Assembly (NCBI RefSeq): GCF_006345805.1
Contig: NC_043007.1
Location: 55,428,001 to 55,492,000, forward strand
Length of the DNA: 64,000 bases
Reading direction: 5' to 3'
From: Octopus sinensis
Lineage: Eukaryota
Numbering within the stretch: the stretch's first letter is position 1; every line of letters starts with the position of its first letter. A program made the position numbers and the translations under genes. The notes under the pieces are model-generated. The model worked only from the letters and a program-made list of their open reading frames with translations, ran no database searches and was not told the DNA's origin. Positions 11,143 to 25,180 of this stretch are shown here, piece by piece.

Positions 11143-13056
11143 ATATATATATATATGCATGTTTGTATGTATATATAAATGTATGTATGTATGTATGTAT
11201 GTATGTATGTATGTATGTATGTATGTATGTATGTATGTATGTATGTATGTATGTATGTGTATGATTTCATGCATACTCCTATGGAGTATGATATATTTCT
11301 ATATTCCTAGTTTTTGTGGGACGTCTGTGTCATTTATCAGAAAATAAAATTAATGAAAACGATATTCTGAGTAATGACTATTTATGTACTTAAAAATAAT
11401 TATACGGTTTGTAAAATCTGACATAAACCGATCATACATTAGAATTATACTATTAAATACCTGTTTTACTTCTAGATTTTGCTGTTTCAGTGAAAGCCGT
11501 ATCACTCTTCTCTACATGTGATGTCTGACACTACTACTTCACATTACAAGCTGCATTGTATATAAAACAAGCACATAAAGTAAACTTTGAAAATAGCAAC
11601 AATTTTAACAATTTGAAATACGGCAATGATGATTTCATAGGTTATAACGTTATTACTATGGCCCTGTGATGTGTACTACAAAACGTGGCAACATTTCTCG
11701 AATATCATTGCATTGAGGCGATAAAGGTCCTTATTTTGTGCACATCTTAAGTATTAATGACACACTGAAAAGCAAAGTGGAAGAAATCCGATCACAAATT
11801 GGAAATGGAAAGTTCGACATTTTCAAGAAGTAGACCAACCAAATTGACGGAGGTGCAAGACATTTAACTGCGATTGGATAGCAGTGGAAGAAAATAGCTT
11901 AGCTATGCGACAGAATATGGCATTTGATGATGATGATGATGAAGGTGATGATAGTGATGAGGATGATGATGATGACGACGACGACGACGATTATGATGGT
12001 TATTTCAAAATAAACACAAAGGACGAAAAAGTTAATTTCAGAAATTTCTAATAAAAAAGTTTAACCTGGAGCACAGTTGTGTATCTAATGTAACACATTT
12101 AAGATTAAAGCCGTTTCCTACAAACGTACACGCGCATGTGTGTGTTTAGATGAGTGCCTATAAACTGTCTACATCTCTGTTTATATCCAAACGCACATAC
12201 ATATGCTGTGTGTATATGTGTAAGTTAGAGTGTACGCAACTCTACATCTCTAACTATATGCAAATACAGGCACATACACGCAAATACAGGTGTGTATACG
12301 TGTTTGTGCGCGCATGTGTTTGAGTATGTACAACTGCCTACCTCTACCTTTTTATACACAAACACTTGCACTGGTAGGCAATAGAATATACGAGTACATG
12401 TTCACTTATTGTCATATAAAAAACTACATGACTATATACATATATATATATGTAATGCATATACACGCTTTCAGACGTACATATACACCCATACATTTGT
12501 TCCATCCCTCTCTCTTTCTTAAATAAAACACACACACACACACCTACTAATATTTTACATAATTCAAGAGATTATTGCGTATAAACGTCATTTATAGACA
12601 AGCTATTGGTTTTCTAATTAGATTCGGGTTGATTTATTTGTCTGTAGCCATCACATTAAAATAAAATAAGACAAATTATAATCGAATGCTTCATTCAGAT
12701 TTAGTTTTGTGGTGCATTGTATATATTGCAGAATGTGCGGACATTATATTTTATGTCAGTATACATTTTGAAATAGAGGCTGTTATACTTCTTTTCTCTC
12801 TAAATAACTATTATATGGTATATATGTTGGTAACGGTGGGATTAGACATCCTACATTTAGTTATTTAGTTTATATCGCGTTCTGCGAATAATTAATTCTT
12901 TTGTTATAGCTTTTTAACAGGTAAATCACGGGTTTACTGCATTTATGGTGGCGTGAATAACAAGGGAATGTCTACATCGATGCAAGGTACCTCAGAAAGC
13001 ACCCGTCTTCCGGATTTTTCAATGATATCCTGTGTCGATATAAATCAGCGAAAGAT

Positions 13057-13097
<41 letters not shown>

Positions 13098-13249
13098 AAA
13101 TATATTCATAGACCATCGTCTTCCGCACAGTTTTTGTCTATGAAATTCTATACACAAGGAACTGTGCGGTTGAGAACGAACTCCTTGAGTTCATAGGCAT
13201 GATAGCCTATGGATGTTGACTCTCATTAGCATGTATACATGCAAGCAGT

Positions 13250-13570
13250 TACATACATACATACATACATACATACGTACGTACGTACGTACATACATAC
13301 ATACATACATACATACATACATACATACATACATACATACATACATACATACATACATACATACATACATACATACATACATACATACATACATACATAC
13401 ATACATACATACATACATACATACATACATACATACATACATACATACATACATACATACATACATACATACATACATACATACATACATACATACATAC
13501 ATACATACATACATACATACATACATACATACATACATACATACATACATACATACATACATACATACAT
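13250..13570. repeat. Long (TACA)n microsatellite, ~320 bp
   Basis: Direct reading. Confidence 0.98.
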
Positions 13571-15599
13571 GAAGCCTACAGATCCAAGCCATCATTGGAA
13601 CTCTAAAGATTTGTAAAATGTTCCGTTGGGGACACCACTCTATTGATAGTCCATTACAGACATCACACCGCTTGAAAGCTGAAAAGTAAAGCAGACCTTG
13701 GTACGATTTGAACTCAGAACGTGAGAACACGTAGGTAAATATCGCATTGTACTTACTGACGTTCTACTGATTCTTCAGATTAGCATAGATGCTATTACCA
13801 TATCCAGTACAATAAAAGCTTGGTTACTTTTCCGAAAATTTAAAAGATGAAAAGTTGTAACGAAACATTAAACATGAAAAAAAGTACATTGTTCGCTCAT
13901 TCTTTGCAATCAATATTTAGGTGAAACATTAACCTAGCAGCGTATACATAAAATCGTATACACACACTTATACAAATACTTTACATGTGCATACACTATA
14001 CAAGCGCACAATCACGCACATACACACAATTGCACATATTTATATACACATACGAAAAGTAGGGAATGATTTTCATGCATATCTGTTGGTCATAAAGTAT
14101 CAAACAATTTCTAAGTATAAAAAGGAAGTTTAGTCGCAATTTTTGTTAACGCAGGACCTCGTCGTTACATTAACTATCCACGTAAGAGGAATCGTAATGA
14201 TCAACTAATCTTTTTATGACATAAAGTTCAATATTTATTACAAGTGGGATGCAGTTGTAGTGTAATGTTTATGAATTTTAACAGTTTTAATGAAACAAAT
14301 TCATTAAAATGGTGCCTATTAGGTATTAGAATATGCTGATGAGTTTCCTTCAAAGTTAAATTATAGTACTTTGTCGGCATCATCTAGTGTTTGTTTTCAG
14401 AAATGGTGTGAATAGGACTGTATTATCCAGTGTATGGATTTATTTTTAAGATTGCAATGTATGATTTTAGGGATATTTGACTGTTATTTCGAGTAAGTCA
14501 TGCAGCTACATTGAGGAGAACGTAGATGTGTTGTATTTATGCTTTTCTGTAAGGCTTGATTATTGAAAGTGAAGTGAAACGGTTATATGTAGTAACCGGA
14601 AGTGTATTTTATGGTCAGCTGGCAAGATTCTAGCAATATTACTAATACACGATGTTACTTACAATTCTATGAGGCAAAGGCAGAGTTACAACAGCTTGTG
14701 GAAACACTGCCTATTGAAAAGAATCGTTTGTGGAGATAATAAGCAGCTGAAGTTGGTTAAAATGAGAAGGTATCAAACATGTAACAATGGATGTTTCCTT
14801 TTCAAAGTGACATTTGCTGCGCTATGATTATTATTCTCACATATATTTGTATTTCCTTTTCATCTACATGGAATAAAGTGCAAGATATTCATGGCTGCAG
14901 ATTCAGTGAAAAACGTACAAAGTTAGATATTGAATTAATAAACCTATTTAATAACATGGTATGCACAACATTAAGTTCAAAATCAGGGAAATAAAATCTT
15001 TGATTTCTACCGATCGAAATTGCTTTTGCCTGTAAAATATTACGGTGAATCTGTAAGATTTGTCAGTTCATGTTAACAACAGTGTCATAATAAAGAAACA
15101 TCAAGAAGAAAATGATACATATTTGGCTTCTTACACACGAAACCTTTCATTTATTGGAAACCAGGGCTAGATATTTACAATATTCATGCTTTTTCAATGA
15201 TATTAGCAGCATTAGCGAAATAGTTTAAATCGGGAATCGAAAGAGGACAGTGTGCTTCGATCTTCAGATTATAACTGTGAGATGTATAAAGTATCACTTC
15301 TTTTTGTCATGACTATATTTTAGATGAGGTAAATAAGAAGCAGTGGTGTTCATGCTTTCCTTATGTGCTTAAACAATATAAATGAAGTCAATTCGTTTCT
15401 ATTCGTAGTTTCCCTCAGTTCATTGAATTATCTTTCGAAGAAAATCATTTACTACAGTGAAAAAAAAAAAAAAAAGATTCTTAATGATTTTGTTTTAAAG
15501 TAGTTTCTGGTTTGATTTTTAGAGGTTGCAATAATCAAGTGGATGACACAGTGGATGCCATAAACTTATTAGCAATCTTTTACACACTTTCTTTTTATA

Positions 15600-15970
15600 C
15601 TCTTATCTTTTCGCATACTTCTGCTATTGGACTAAGGTCATGCTCGGACATTGTCTTGAAGGAATTTACCCGATCAAAATTTGCACCAGTAATATTTTAA
15701 GACTGGTACTTATTCTATCGTTCTTTTGCCGAACTTCTAAGTTACAGCGACATATACAAATCTATATCTTTTGTCGAGTGGTGAGAGATAAACACAAGAG
15801 CACACACGCTCTTACACAGATTTCAGGCTTTTGTAAAGTTTGCTTCAATCAAATTTCCTGACAAGGTACTGATCGGCCCGCAGCTATTATAGAAGACACT
15901 TGCCCAAGGTACGGCATAGAGGGATTGAGCCTAAAAGCATGAGGCTTCGGCGTATTTCTTAATCACACAG
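15600..15970 (-). mobile_element. Diverged SINE family A copy
   Basis: ctggtacttattctatcg...ttttgccgaac...gaagacacttgcccaagg. Confidence 0.7.
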
Positions 15971-16116
15971 ATATGTCTGACAGAAAATCACACAAGAAAC
16001 AATAGAAACACATGCAGTGGTGAAACCATGAAGTAAGCCGCGGGCACTGATGTATTATACAAATTATATTACAAGTTAATACAAATGCATCAAGGATTAT
16101 CCCCTCCCGGATTATA

Positions 16117-16522
16117 CGCGAAATATCTCGAATTTTGACAATGTTATCTTTTGGGAAAGATACGATATATATCGTTAAAATATGTTACAGAATGGAATGG
16201 TAACGTAATATCGCATGGTTTCCAAGCTTGCTGGATCAGTCTGATAAACTCGAAATGTTTAAATGTTTGGTACCCAAAAGCAGCGACCATTGTCCGAGCT
16301 TGTCAGTTTCCCCAAATCGCTCGAAGGGAGAGCACACATGAAGTCAGCGTTCAAGATATTTTTTTCTTTTCTACGTTTGATTGCCAACTACCTAATAATG
16401 ACTAGTTAAGGTATGTTTCAGAGAGTGGGTGATGAAAGATAATAATGATGATATATCTTTAGAGACCGAATCTGTCTTCTCCGATGATGAGCCTGGTGTC
16501 AAGAATTTCGAGATATATCGCG
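16117..16522. mobile_element. MITE-like element with ~25-bp inverted repeats
   Basis: cgcgaaatatctcgaattttgaca (16117-16140) versus tgtcaagaatttcgagatatatcgcg (16497-16522). Confidence 0.55.
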
Positions 16523-18876
16523 ATTACATGAATTAGTGCATCATATAATTATTGAAAAAGATACAATTTTAAGAATAAAGAGAAACAAGAATAAAGGAAA
16601 GGCTTTCATTTTAAGAAAAAAAATTCAATTCAAAATGAAATTACTTGTCTGGGAATCGATTTATATCAGTGTTAATAAATAACTTATGCTTAAGCTTGCA
16701 TTTAGTGATGGTCAGGAGTTCATAACCGATATAGGCATTTTGTGGTTTCTGGCTACATGAATTACATCAATAAGGAAATAGTTCTCATATCTGAGTGGAA
16801 TAGGAATCCTGTTTAACAAAGTAAATTATTTACGATATATTAGCATTTGGCCTAAAACTAATCATGTTTCTGGGGTATTTAACGCTTCATAAGGTGGATT
16901 TTGATACTGAACCAGTAGATGCTTGCAATTCAAGAACAAACATTGGAGTAGTCCTAAATCAACCTTGATCCAGCCAGATTATCATTAAAGGCGGAATTTC
17001 TTTATATAGTTGGAAGCTCAATCGAGTACGGTCTACGTCAGGGAAAGCAGAGTTCATGATTCGGTTTTAATATTTTGTCTGAAGTGAGCTCAAGTGAGCT
17101 CAATTAACATACAACAACAATGCTGTTGGAAAAATAAGAATATTATTGCAATATTCTTCATGCTTTTCCTGCAAAGTAGAGAACATTTTTGTCTTATTAA
17201 AAAGAACTCTCGAGTAGCGTATAACAAGTTGCAGCACCATGGATAGCATATGGCAGAATGCAAAATTTTGATCGTAGTATAATTTCAATACCCAGATGGT
17301 TCAAGTATTGTCCAAAGGAAAGTCATTGCAAACAATAAAATATCCCACATTTCGGTTCTTAAAATCACAAATCTACGGGCATATAAAAAGAGAAACGGCT
17401 ACTAAATTTCAGAAAAGCAGATAAGTAAAAACATATATTCGTTTAAAATGCTGTGCATGTTCATTAGTCAAAAGAAATTAATATACGCGCCCCCACCCCA
17501 CCACCACACACACAAATACACACACACACACAAGCTGTGTACTAAAACACTATCTTTAAGATGGCCGGTTAGCACATATATTCTGTCGACACTAGCAGGA
17601 ACTAAGTTATAGTATCACCTATCCATTTCCACACAATAAACTGAAATTAGGATTTGATTTGTTTTTGCATTTTAAATGCTCTCTTGCACACGCATTTTAA
17701 ACATTTAGCATCCAGTATTCCAACATAGTGTCTATCCTTGCATCTTTAAATTCATTGTGTGCTTTCATACAGGCCTTCTATATTTTCTGTTTGTTAAACG
17801 GCACCTCCTGCCTTTTTTCTATTTTTCCTCTGAGTGACTTGCTTGTGTCTTTGCTTGCTCAAAAGTTTCAGATTCCCTTGAATTAAATTTTTCTTCAATA
17901 ATTTTCTTGACTTTATGAAGTTTGATCGAGAATTTTATATTCCCTTCTATTAACCATTCAGTTATTTTCTTGATTTTGTAATCTTTGCTCTGGACGTTCT
18001 ATGTTACGTTCCTGATCGATAGTTCAACGTTTATTTCTACTGGGTAACATTGTTTTATTCCCTCATTCTCACATTATTCCTTTCCTTTATTTTTCTCTGT
18101 CTTTCTTTTTCTGTTTCATTCCCACTATCTGTCGCTAATACCTATTTATTTCCTTTTTCACTTTCTCCGTATATTCTGTTCCAAGGCACCTATTTGTTTT
18201 TACATCCCTCCTGAAGTGAAGCTGAATTTTACCGCATATATATGTGAAACTAAAAAAAAAACTTGAAGGGTGGAAACTTTCGTTATTAGCGACGAAAGGA
18301 GCATTGGTTCAAAATATTATTCTGTATATCTTACTTAACGTCGATATACTGTAGAAAGCTACAAAACTATATTCGTCATATGTTCATCTTCAGACAGCTT
18401 CTCGTATTGTGCTAAAACGCACTGAAATGTATCATAAGCAGATGAAAAGCGTCCAGCAGCAGGAGTAGTGGAATTGTAAAATCATGATTGCCATGTCTTT
18501 GCACGTTATCAGTTGCAAGTATTAATTACTTGCTTGGTTAAATTTAGCCTCTATTGATATAGAAAAACAGTGATTAAAAAGTTACTGGTTGCGCAAATAT
18601 CCGACAGGGAAATTTAGATTTAGCAATTCTACTACCGCTGCCGAATATTTTCGTCTGCTACTGGTACATTTTTGTGCTGTTTACCACTATATATTTATAC
18701 CAGAAGCTTTCTCAAAACGAATACCGTTTTGTGACTTTCTACACTGTATCCATGTTAGGATTTACAGAATGCAATTAAAAGATTTGAATTTGTATGCTTT
18801 TAAGTCTGTGAGTCTACTATTTTATATATTTCATACATACATGCATACATACATGCATACATACATACATACATAC

Positions 18877-18907
<31 letters not shown>

Positions 18908-18909
18908 CA

Positions 18910-20415
18910 TTTTCAGATAATATAGGCATGGAATTTGGCCAAAAGAAATGTTCATATTTGGTTATAGTACGAGGTAAATCAGCCCCACCAATCCCAGAAG
19001 CTGTCCATCAACGGTCTCTCTATCTCCCCCATTCAACACAAAGAATGTTACAAGTATCATATGAAGGCACTGTGAATAAAGATAGAGTGACCCGAGAATA
19101 TCACTCCAGACTTAGGAAAATATGGCAATCTCCTCTAATAGCAAAACAATATCTCACAATGCATTTGTAGTTCTAGTGCTGATCCCAACATTTGGGATAC
19201 TTGATTGGTCTGTAGAAGAAATGTACTCAATAGATATCAAAACCCGCAAAATCCTACAACTGGGAACTTCCACAGAAACATTGATATTGACAGGCTCTTC
19301 CTATGAAGAAATGAAGGTGGTAGAGGCCTGAGATCAATGTGGACGACCTTCTAATGCCGTATGGTATCACTCAGGTAGCACCTGATAAACAACAGCAGCA
19401 AAAATAATTATATAAATGCAGTGCTGAAAAGTGAAGTGAGCAACATTGTGCGAGTTGGTAGTGTGCTCCTCAAGAAGTACTCTCTTCCTGATTATCTCCT
19501 ACACAGCCCCAAAACAGCTAGACTCTTTCACCTCAGAGGAGACCTGGATAGAAAGTACTCAGCATACAAAAAAAAAGGACTATGCATAGGTATGTTGCCC
19601 GGAAGATTGAAGAAAGCAGTAGAATTGACACGAAGCGCAGCCTTTCTTGGACACAAGACCACTACATAACACTTCGACGGATATGCATTTGCAATCCAGG
19701 AACAGGAGATTGCCACAAGAGACAGTGACGCATTTGTAATCCCAAGATGCAACCGCACGTGTTGTCTGTCATATTTCTGTGGAAGACATCACGCATGTGA
19801 TTAGCAGCTGTCCTAAAATGTCGTCACGATACTACCTCTCTATGTGGCACGATGTTGTTGCTAAAACAATTTACAATGCCATCCGCAAAAAAAGACTGTC
19901 CTGAAATAAACTTAGAAAATCCCTTTGTTATGGAATACATTCATTAGCCCAAATCAAGGAATACTGGTGGAATATACCCATCAAAACTTCTGTCAAATGT
20001 AAACATAACAGGTCAGATATCGTTGTTTGGGACAGAGGGGCAAAGGTATGTACCATCATACCTTTATAGAGGTTAGCTGCCCGGAAGATATGAATATGTA
20101 TTTGAAAATCAAAGTAAAAGAAGATATCTATGGACAACCGCTTCGAAAACTCCAGCTTCTATATCTAGACTATGAATTCATATTCATACCAATAATAATT
20201 GGAGCACTAGGTTTTGTTAGTAAATGCTTAAAGGAGAATCTGGATAAACTGAGAAGTCGACCGGTTAATTCGTACATTGCAAGTGCAATATGTGAGTGGA
20301 ACAATAAAAATATGCAAGATTTTCTCAAGTTGTCTATGTAAACTATATCTCAAAGATAGAGTTTTGTATCTTTGTTGGAAACCGGCTCCCTTCTCAGTAC
20401 AAGATTTATAATAAT
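18910..20415 (+). mobile_element. 5'-truncated R4/Dong-like non-LTR retrotransposon (RT thumb, CCHC, REL endonuclease), decayed
   Basis: FSDNIGMEFGQKKC, NKTISHNAF..PTFGILDWS..IDIKTRKIL, EGGRGL, FAIQEQEIAT, EDITHVISSCPKMSSRYY..WHDVVAK, KHNRSDIVVWD, PIIIGALG. Confidence 0.85.
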
Positions 20416-20469
20416 TAAAAACACACACACACACATGCGCGCGCGCACACCCACGTACACCACACACAC

Positions 20470-20850
20470 ACACACGCACATGTGTGTGTGTACTTTTGTT
20501 TCTGTACTCTGCTACCGCTTGACAAGCGATGATGGTGTGTTTATATCTCCGTAACTTAGCGGTTCGACAAAACCGTCCGATAGAATAAATACTAGTCTTG
20601 ATTGAAAGAAAGTATAAGACTAGGAATTCCTCAAGGCGGTACCCCAGGATGGCCACAGTTTGATGTCTGAAATAACGAAAAGATATAGGAGTGGCAGTGT
20701 GGTAAGTAACTTACTTACCAACTACATGGCTCTGGGTTCAGTCCCACTGCGTGGCACCTTGGGTAAGTGTCTTCTACTATAGCCTCGGGACGACCAAAGC
20801 CTTGTGAGGGAATCTGGTAGACGGAAACTGAAAGAAACCCATCGTATATA
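20470..20850 (+). mobile_element. SINE family A tail (20470-20685) followed by the head of a second copy (20686-20850)
   Basis: ccgtaacttagcggttcg...ggatggccacag, then ggagtggcagtgtggtaag...ggttcagtcccactgcgtggcaccttggg. Confidence 0.8.
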
Positions 20851-20879
20851 TGTATTTATATCTATATGTAGCACACACA

Positions 20880-21190
20880 GAGATTGATATGCAACACATT
20901 TTGAATGCATTCTCTGATGCTTGCACTGCCTTAGGATTGACAGTCAATCTCAAGAAAACTGTTGTCATGTATTAACCTGCCCCTGGTAAGCAGTATAGTG
21001 TACCAAATATCTATGTTTATGGTAAACGACTTGATGTAGTTGATCAGTTTGTCTACCTGGAAAGCACTATTAATAGATATAGCAATTTGGATGATGAAAT
21101 TCCATATAGAATTAGGAAAGCAAGTGTTGCTTTCGGAAGGCTAGAAAAGCGTCTCTGGAGTCGGCAAGACATATGCAGAAAGACAAAGAT
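20880..21190 (+). pseudogene. RTE/BovB-like LINE reverse transcriptase fragment
   Basis: GLTVNLKKTVVM..PAPG...RLDVVDQFVYLESTI...LDDEI..RIRKASVAFGRLEKRLW. Confidence 0.8.
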
Positions 21191-21317
21191 GTATATGTAT
21201 ACATGTATATGTGTAGATGTATAAATATATAGATGTACATGTAATATGTACACAAATGTGATTCACATATACACATGCATACATATATACACCCATACAC
21301 ACATACACACACATACA

Positions 21318-21916
21318 TAGGTGAAGGTGTGGCTGTGTAGTAACAAACTTTGTTTCAAAACACATGGTCCTGGGTTCAATCCCACTGTGTGGTGACTTGG
21401 CATGTGTCTTCTGCTATAGCCTCAGACCAACCAAAGCCTTGTCAGTGGATTTTGTAGACAGAAACTGAAAGAAATCAATCGTATATATATGTATGTATAT
21501 ATGTTAGTCTGTGTGTGTGTCTTTGTGTTTCTCCCTCATCACTGCCCCACAACTGGTGTTCGTTTATTTACATCCCCATAACTTACTGGTTTCACAAGAA
21601 GAAACTGATAGAATAAGTACCAAGTTTATCAAAATAAAAAAAACCACTAGGCAGTATCTCATATTTTTGTTTGCCCACACAATTTATCTTTGTGAGTGTG
21701 TATGTCTGTGTGTGTGTGTGACCTCGTGTGTACCGTTGGCGATTTTTTTCCCTTTGTCTTCCCTTCTCTGGATCTTTCCTTCTCCTATGTTTCCGACGAA
21801 GAGCTCCGCTCGAAACGTTAAACCCTCCTTCTTTCCTTCTTTCCTGAGCGTCCAATAATACTATATTTGTTCCACGTCCTCGCGTTGTTGTGTTTTTTGT
21901 GCCTTCTTGTTTGGAT

Positions 21917-21953
<37 letters not shown>

Positions 21954-22215
21954 ATTTCATAGACAGAAACTTAAAGAAATCAATCGTATATATATGTATG
22001 TATATATTTAAGTGTATGTGTGTGACTTTATTTCTGTGTTTCACCCTCATCACTGCTTCACAACTGGTGTTCGTTTATTTACATCCCCATAACTTACTGG
22101 TTTCACAAGAAGAAACTAATAGAATAAGTATCAGGCTTATCAACATAAAAAAGCACTACGATGTGTCTTATATTTTTGTTTGCCCACTCAGTTGTATCTA
22201 TCAATTTATCTTTGT
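21318..22215 (+). mobile_element. SINE family A copy whose 3' ~250 bp is locally duplicated (21447-21700 and 21951-22215)
   Basis: Both segments share non-consensus stretches such as catccccataacttactggtttcacaagaagaaact and the downstream flank tatttttgtttgcccac. Confidence 0.8.
21721..21921 (+). mobile_element. Short Penelope-pLTR-like repeat ending at (TA)n, with a minimal hammerhead at 21789-21823
   Basis: GTTT CCGACGA A GAGC-tcc-GCTC GAAA CG TT AAAC. One core change (CCG for CTG) and a minimal AACGTT stem III. A truncated reverse copy lies at ~27460-27495. Confidence 0.65.
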
Positions 22216-22266
22216 GTGTGTGTGTATATATATATATATATAAAATACACACACACTCACACACAC

Positions 22267-22325
<59 letters not shown>

Positions 22326-22359
22326 ATATGTGTACATTCATATTTATTATATCACAGAC

Positions 22360-24009
22360 AATGTCTTTATGTGTTCGTGTATTACTTATACATTCGAAAA
22401 CTGCTGCACCGATCATAATGAAATTTGGAACACAAAATCGAAGCCTAGGGAGAAGGGTAATGCTGTGTGTTTCATATAATTTAATGGATCAAAATTACTG
22501 AATGGATCCTTATGATATTTGAAACTTAGATTCAATGCGTAAGGGCGGGTATAATGCAATATGTTTGGTTTGAATTTCAGATGGCTTAAAGGGGACAGAA
22601 CCCCCCATGAAAATTCATAAATTTTCGATGTTGATGAAATTTCAACCATGGGTAATTGACACACATCAAGAAGTATTCTCAAAGTTTCCACTTCACATGA
22701 GGATTCTAAGACACCCTAATGGGGGTCTTAACTCCCACATTTTAGTCATTTCTTTTATGATCCAAAACTAGGTCAAAAGTACTGAATGGATCTTTACGAA
22801 ATTTGGAAATTATATTCTATACATAAGGGCCACAACCCCCATGACAATTCATATATTTTTGCTGTTGATGAAATTTTAACCATAGATATTAGATACAAAT
22901 GCAGTAATATTTATGAAATTTCATCTTCTTACAAGTTAGAAAGACCCCTTCATGGGGACTTAACACCCACAATTTTGTCGTGTTATCAAAGCAAAGACGA
23001 GTAGTTGTACTCTTGGAAGCTGTGGGGTTATCCGAGCATAGAAGATGAGCATTATTTGTAATTCAATGGTACAAGAGTGTAAGAGTTTGCTTTGACATAC
23101 ACTTAGATTGTGATTTCTCTGCAATGTGCTGTATAAATTGTCAAGTAAATGAGAGGCATCTTTGCCTCCACTGATTCAGTTGCAAAGTGTTGAGTAAAGT
23201 TATTTGATTGCAGATTTCCTTTCAGTCTTTTTATTATTACTGGATCACACATAGTCCCCACATGGTAATATTGATTTCAAGGCCTTCCCAGATGAGTGAC
23301 TGGTTATTCAAAGACATTTATAGATTGTATATTTATTCTGTCCAGTTACGTATCAGTATAGTGGTCATTTGCAAACTCCAACTTTCATTTCTTCTTAGCC
23401 ATCACGTCACACAGTTGTTAATGTTTATTTCAGTTGGGTCACGCCCTTCCAATTACTATAGATTCGTAATGCATCTTACGGCTGTGTCTGTCACCTGCAT
23501 GGTGAGGAATGCTACATTGGGAGTGGTAATGACTAGGTTACTGTAGCTGACTGCTTATTGTGATCATTCGTCTTTTGGTTTCCTGTAGATTTGCTCTCTT
23601 TTACAAACCCAGTGAACATATATTCCCTATTTCAAACAATAGATATAAAACCTGAGTTAAAAAGAATCTCAACAATTCAACTTCTCTGGTTGACATTAAG
23701 ATGCCCACCCCCAATAGGGGCGTTAACTCTCACATTTTAGAGCTCCATGACCTCCATTTTTCAGGAGAAAAATCCCTTTAACAAGTTCTATAAGACAGGA
23801 ATTTTGGAATATGCGCATAAACATCAGTAGTATGGGATACATGTAGCACGATTACAAATTTGTTTGGGTGTGTAAAGAGGGGAATAACCCTCATCTGCAA
23901 TTTTGATGAAATTCGAAACATAGGTATTCCAGTTCATTAGAGAAAATATAACAGAAAAGTCTAATTCTTCAACTGTATGTAACTCGGGCAACGCCTGGTA
24001 ACTCTGCAA

Positions 24010-24010
<1 letters not shown>
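22360..24010 (+). mobile_element. Non-autonomous Helitron-like element with internal degenerate repeats, interrupted at ~23005-23570 by unrelated sequence
   Basis: 3' end cgggcaacgcctgg hairpin followed by a CTAG-like caag|t. Repeated ccccatga..attc..gatgaaattt and taact/acccacattt modules. Confidence 0.55.
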
Positions 24011-24042
<32 letters not shown>

Positions 24043-24074
24043 TTAAAGTAGTGAGGAAAGGCAAACAATTAGGC

Positions 24075-25000
24075 AATGCAGGACAAGGACATTTAATTTC
24101 ATCAGCATAATCGGCGTCAGTCAAGTAGGTGGCTGGATATCTTCTGCTTCTAGACTTCTGTAAAGTGAAACCCAAATCTTTGTGTTGGTCTACTGAGGTA
24201 CGTCATATATAATTGAGACTTAGTATGAACAAGTAAGGAGCTAGTGTGTCACTCTGCAATACTCCCGCACGAATATCGAAGTCAGTGTCTCCATCTGGTG
24301 ACCTCACTTTCGCTCGAGTGTTTTTAGACAGCATCATTACTAACTTTATTGTTTCATCAGGGATTTCTGCCATCTTATTTCTCTGTACAGAGTCAAAGGC
24401 CTTTGAGAAATCAAGAAAGAGCAGAAATGCATTAAGATTTCTGGTTCGTACTCCTTCCAGCATCCTCCTAACTGAGAATTTTACCAGATGTAGAGCGTCT
24501 CTTCCTAAATCCATTTTGATTTTTCCTAAGAGCTCTTTCAGTTTGAGGTTGGATTCGATTGAGTAGCTATGCATCGTAAATCTTCGCTGCAATTGGTATT
24601 AATGTATTTCCTTTGTAATTCCACCACAAATTCCAAACCCTCGTCATAATTCGTGTGGTGATGGCAACAGTTTGGGATTGCCTCTTTAAGCTATAAAGAA
24701 ACTTTTTCCTGTTCTGGCCATGGACAGGAAGATCACCTCCGGTAATCTGACGGGGTGACCCAAGGCGGGCAGGTTGAAACCAAACTGGCAAACACGGCTC
24801 TGATTACTTGCATGGGGAGCAGCATAGCAGGTACGAAACCTTGGCGGAAAAACTGTCAACCTAATCAACGGTAAGGTGCCCAAGATGCTGGGAAGAGAAA
24901 TCTAAAACAGGGTCAACTTTTCAGTCAGAGAAATATTGTGATCATCAATAGACGTGGCTCACACTGATGCCTACACAGAGCCATCGAAAGACTAGTCATG
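24075..25000 (-). mobile_element. Internally deleted LINE (RTE-related RT fragment plus putative 5' region)
   Basis: FLDFSKAFDSV, TRAKVRSPDGDTDFDIRAGVLQSDTLAPYLFILSL, RSRRYPATYLTDADYADEI (YADD box). Confidence 0.85.
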
Positions 25001-25100
25001 ATGTATTCATACATACATATACATACATACAGGCAGGAAATCTCGATATAAAACTGAACAATGATACAGACATCCATACATATATACATATATTACATAC

Positions 25101-25180
<80 letters not shown>

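Noticed and set aside
11700-12000. Acidic (GAT)n run suggesting a coding exon
   Set aside because: Upstream frames contain stops and it looks like a decayed LINE 3' end with a simple-repeat tail. Too weak to annotate.
13191-13730. Long ORFs of [12 protein letters not shown] type here and throughout the window
   Set aside because: They are translations of (TACA)n, (TA)n and (CA)n microsatellites.
14615-14645. tggcaagatt resembling the miR-31 seed
   Set aside because: The rest of the mature sequence does not match and I see no precursor hairpin.
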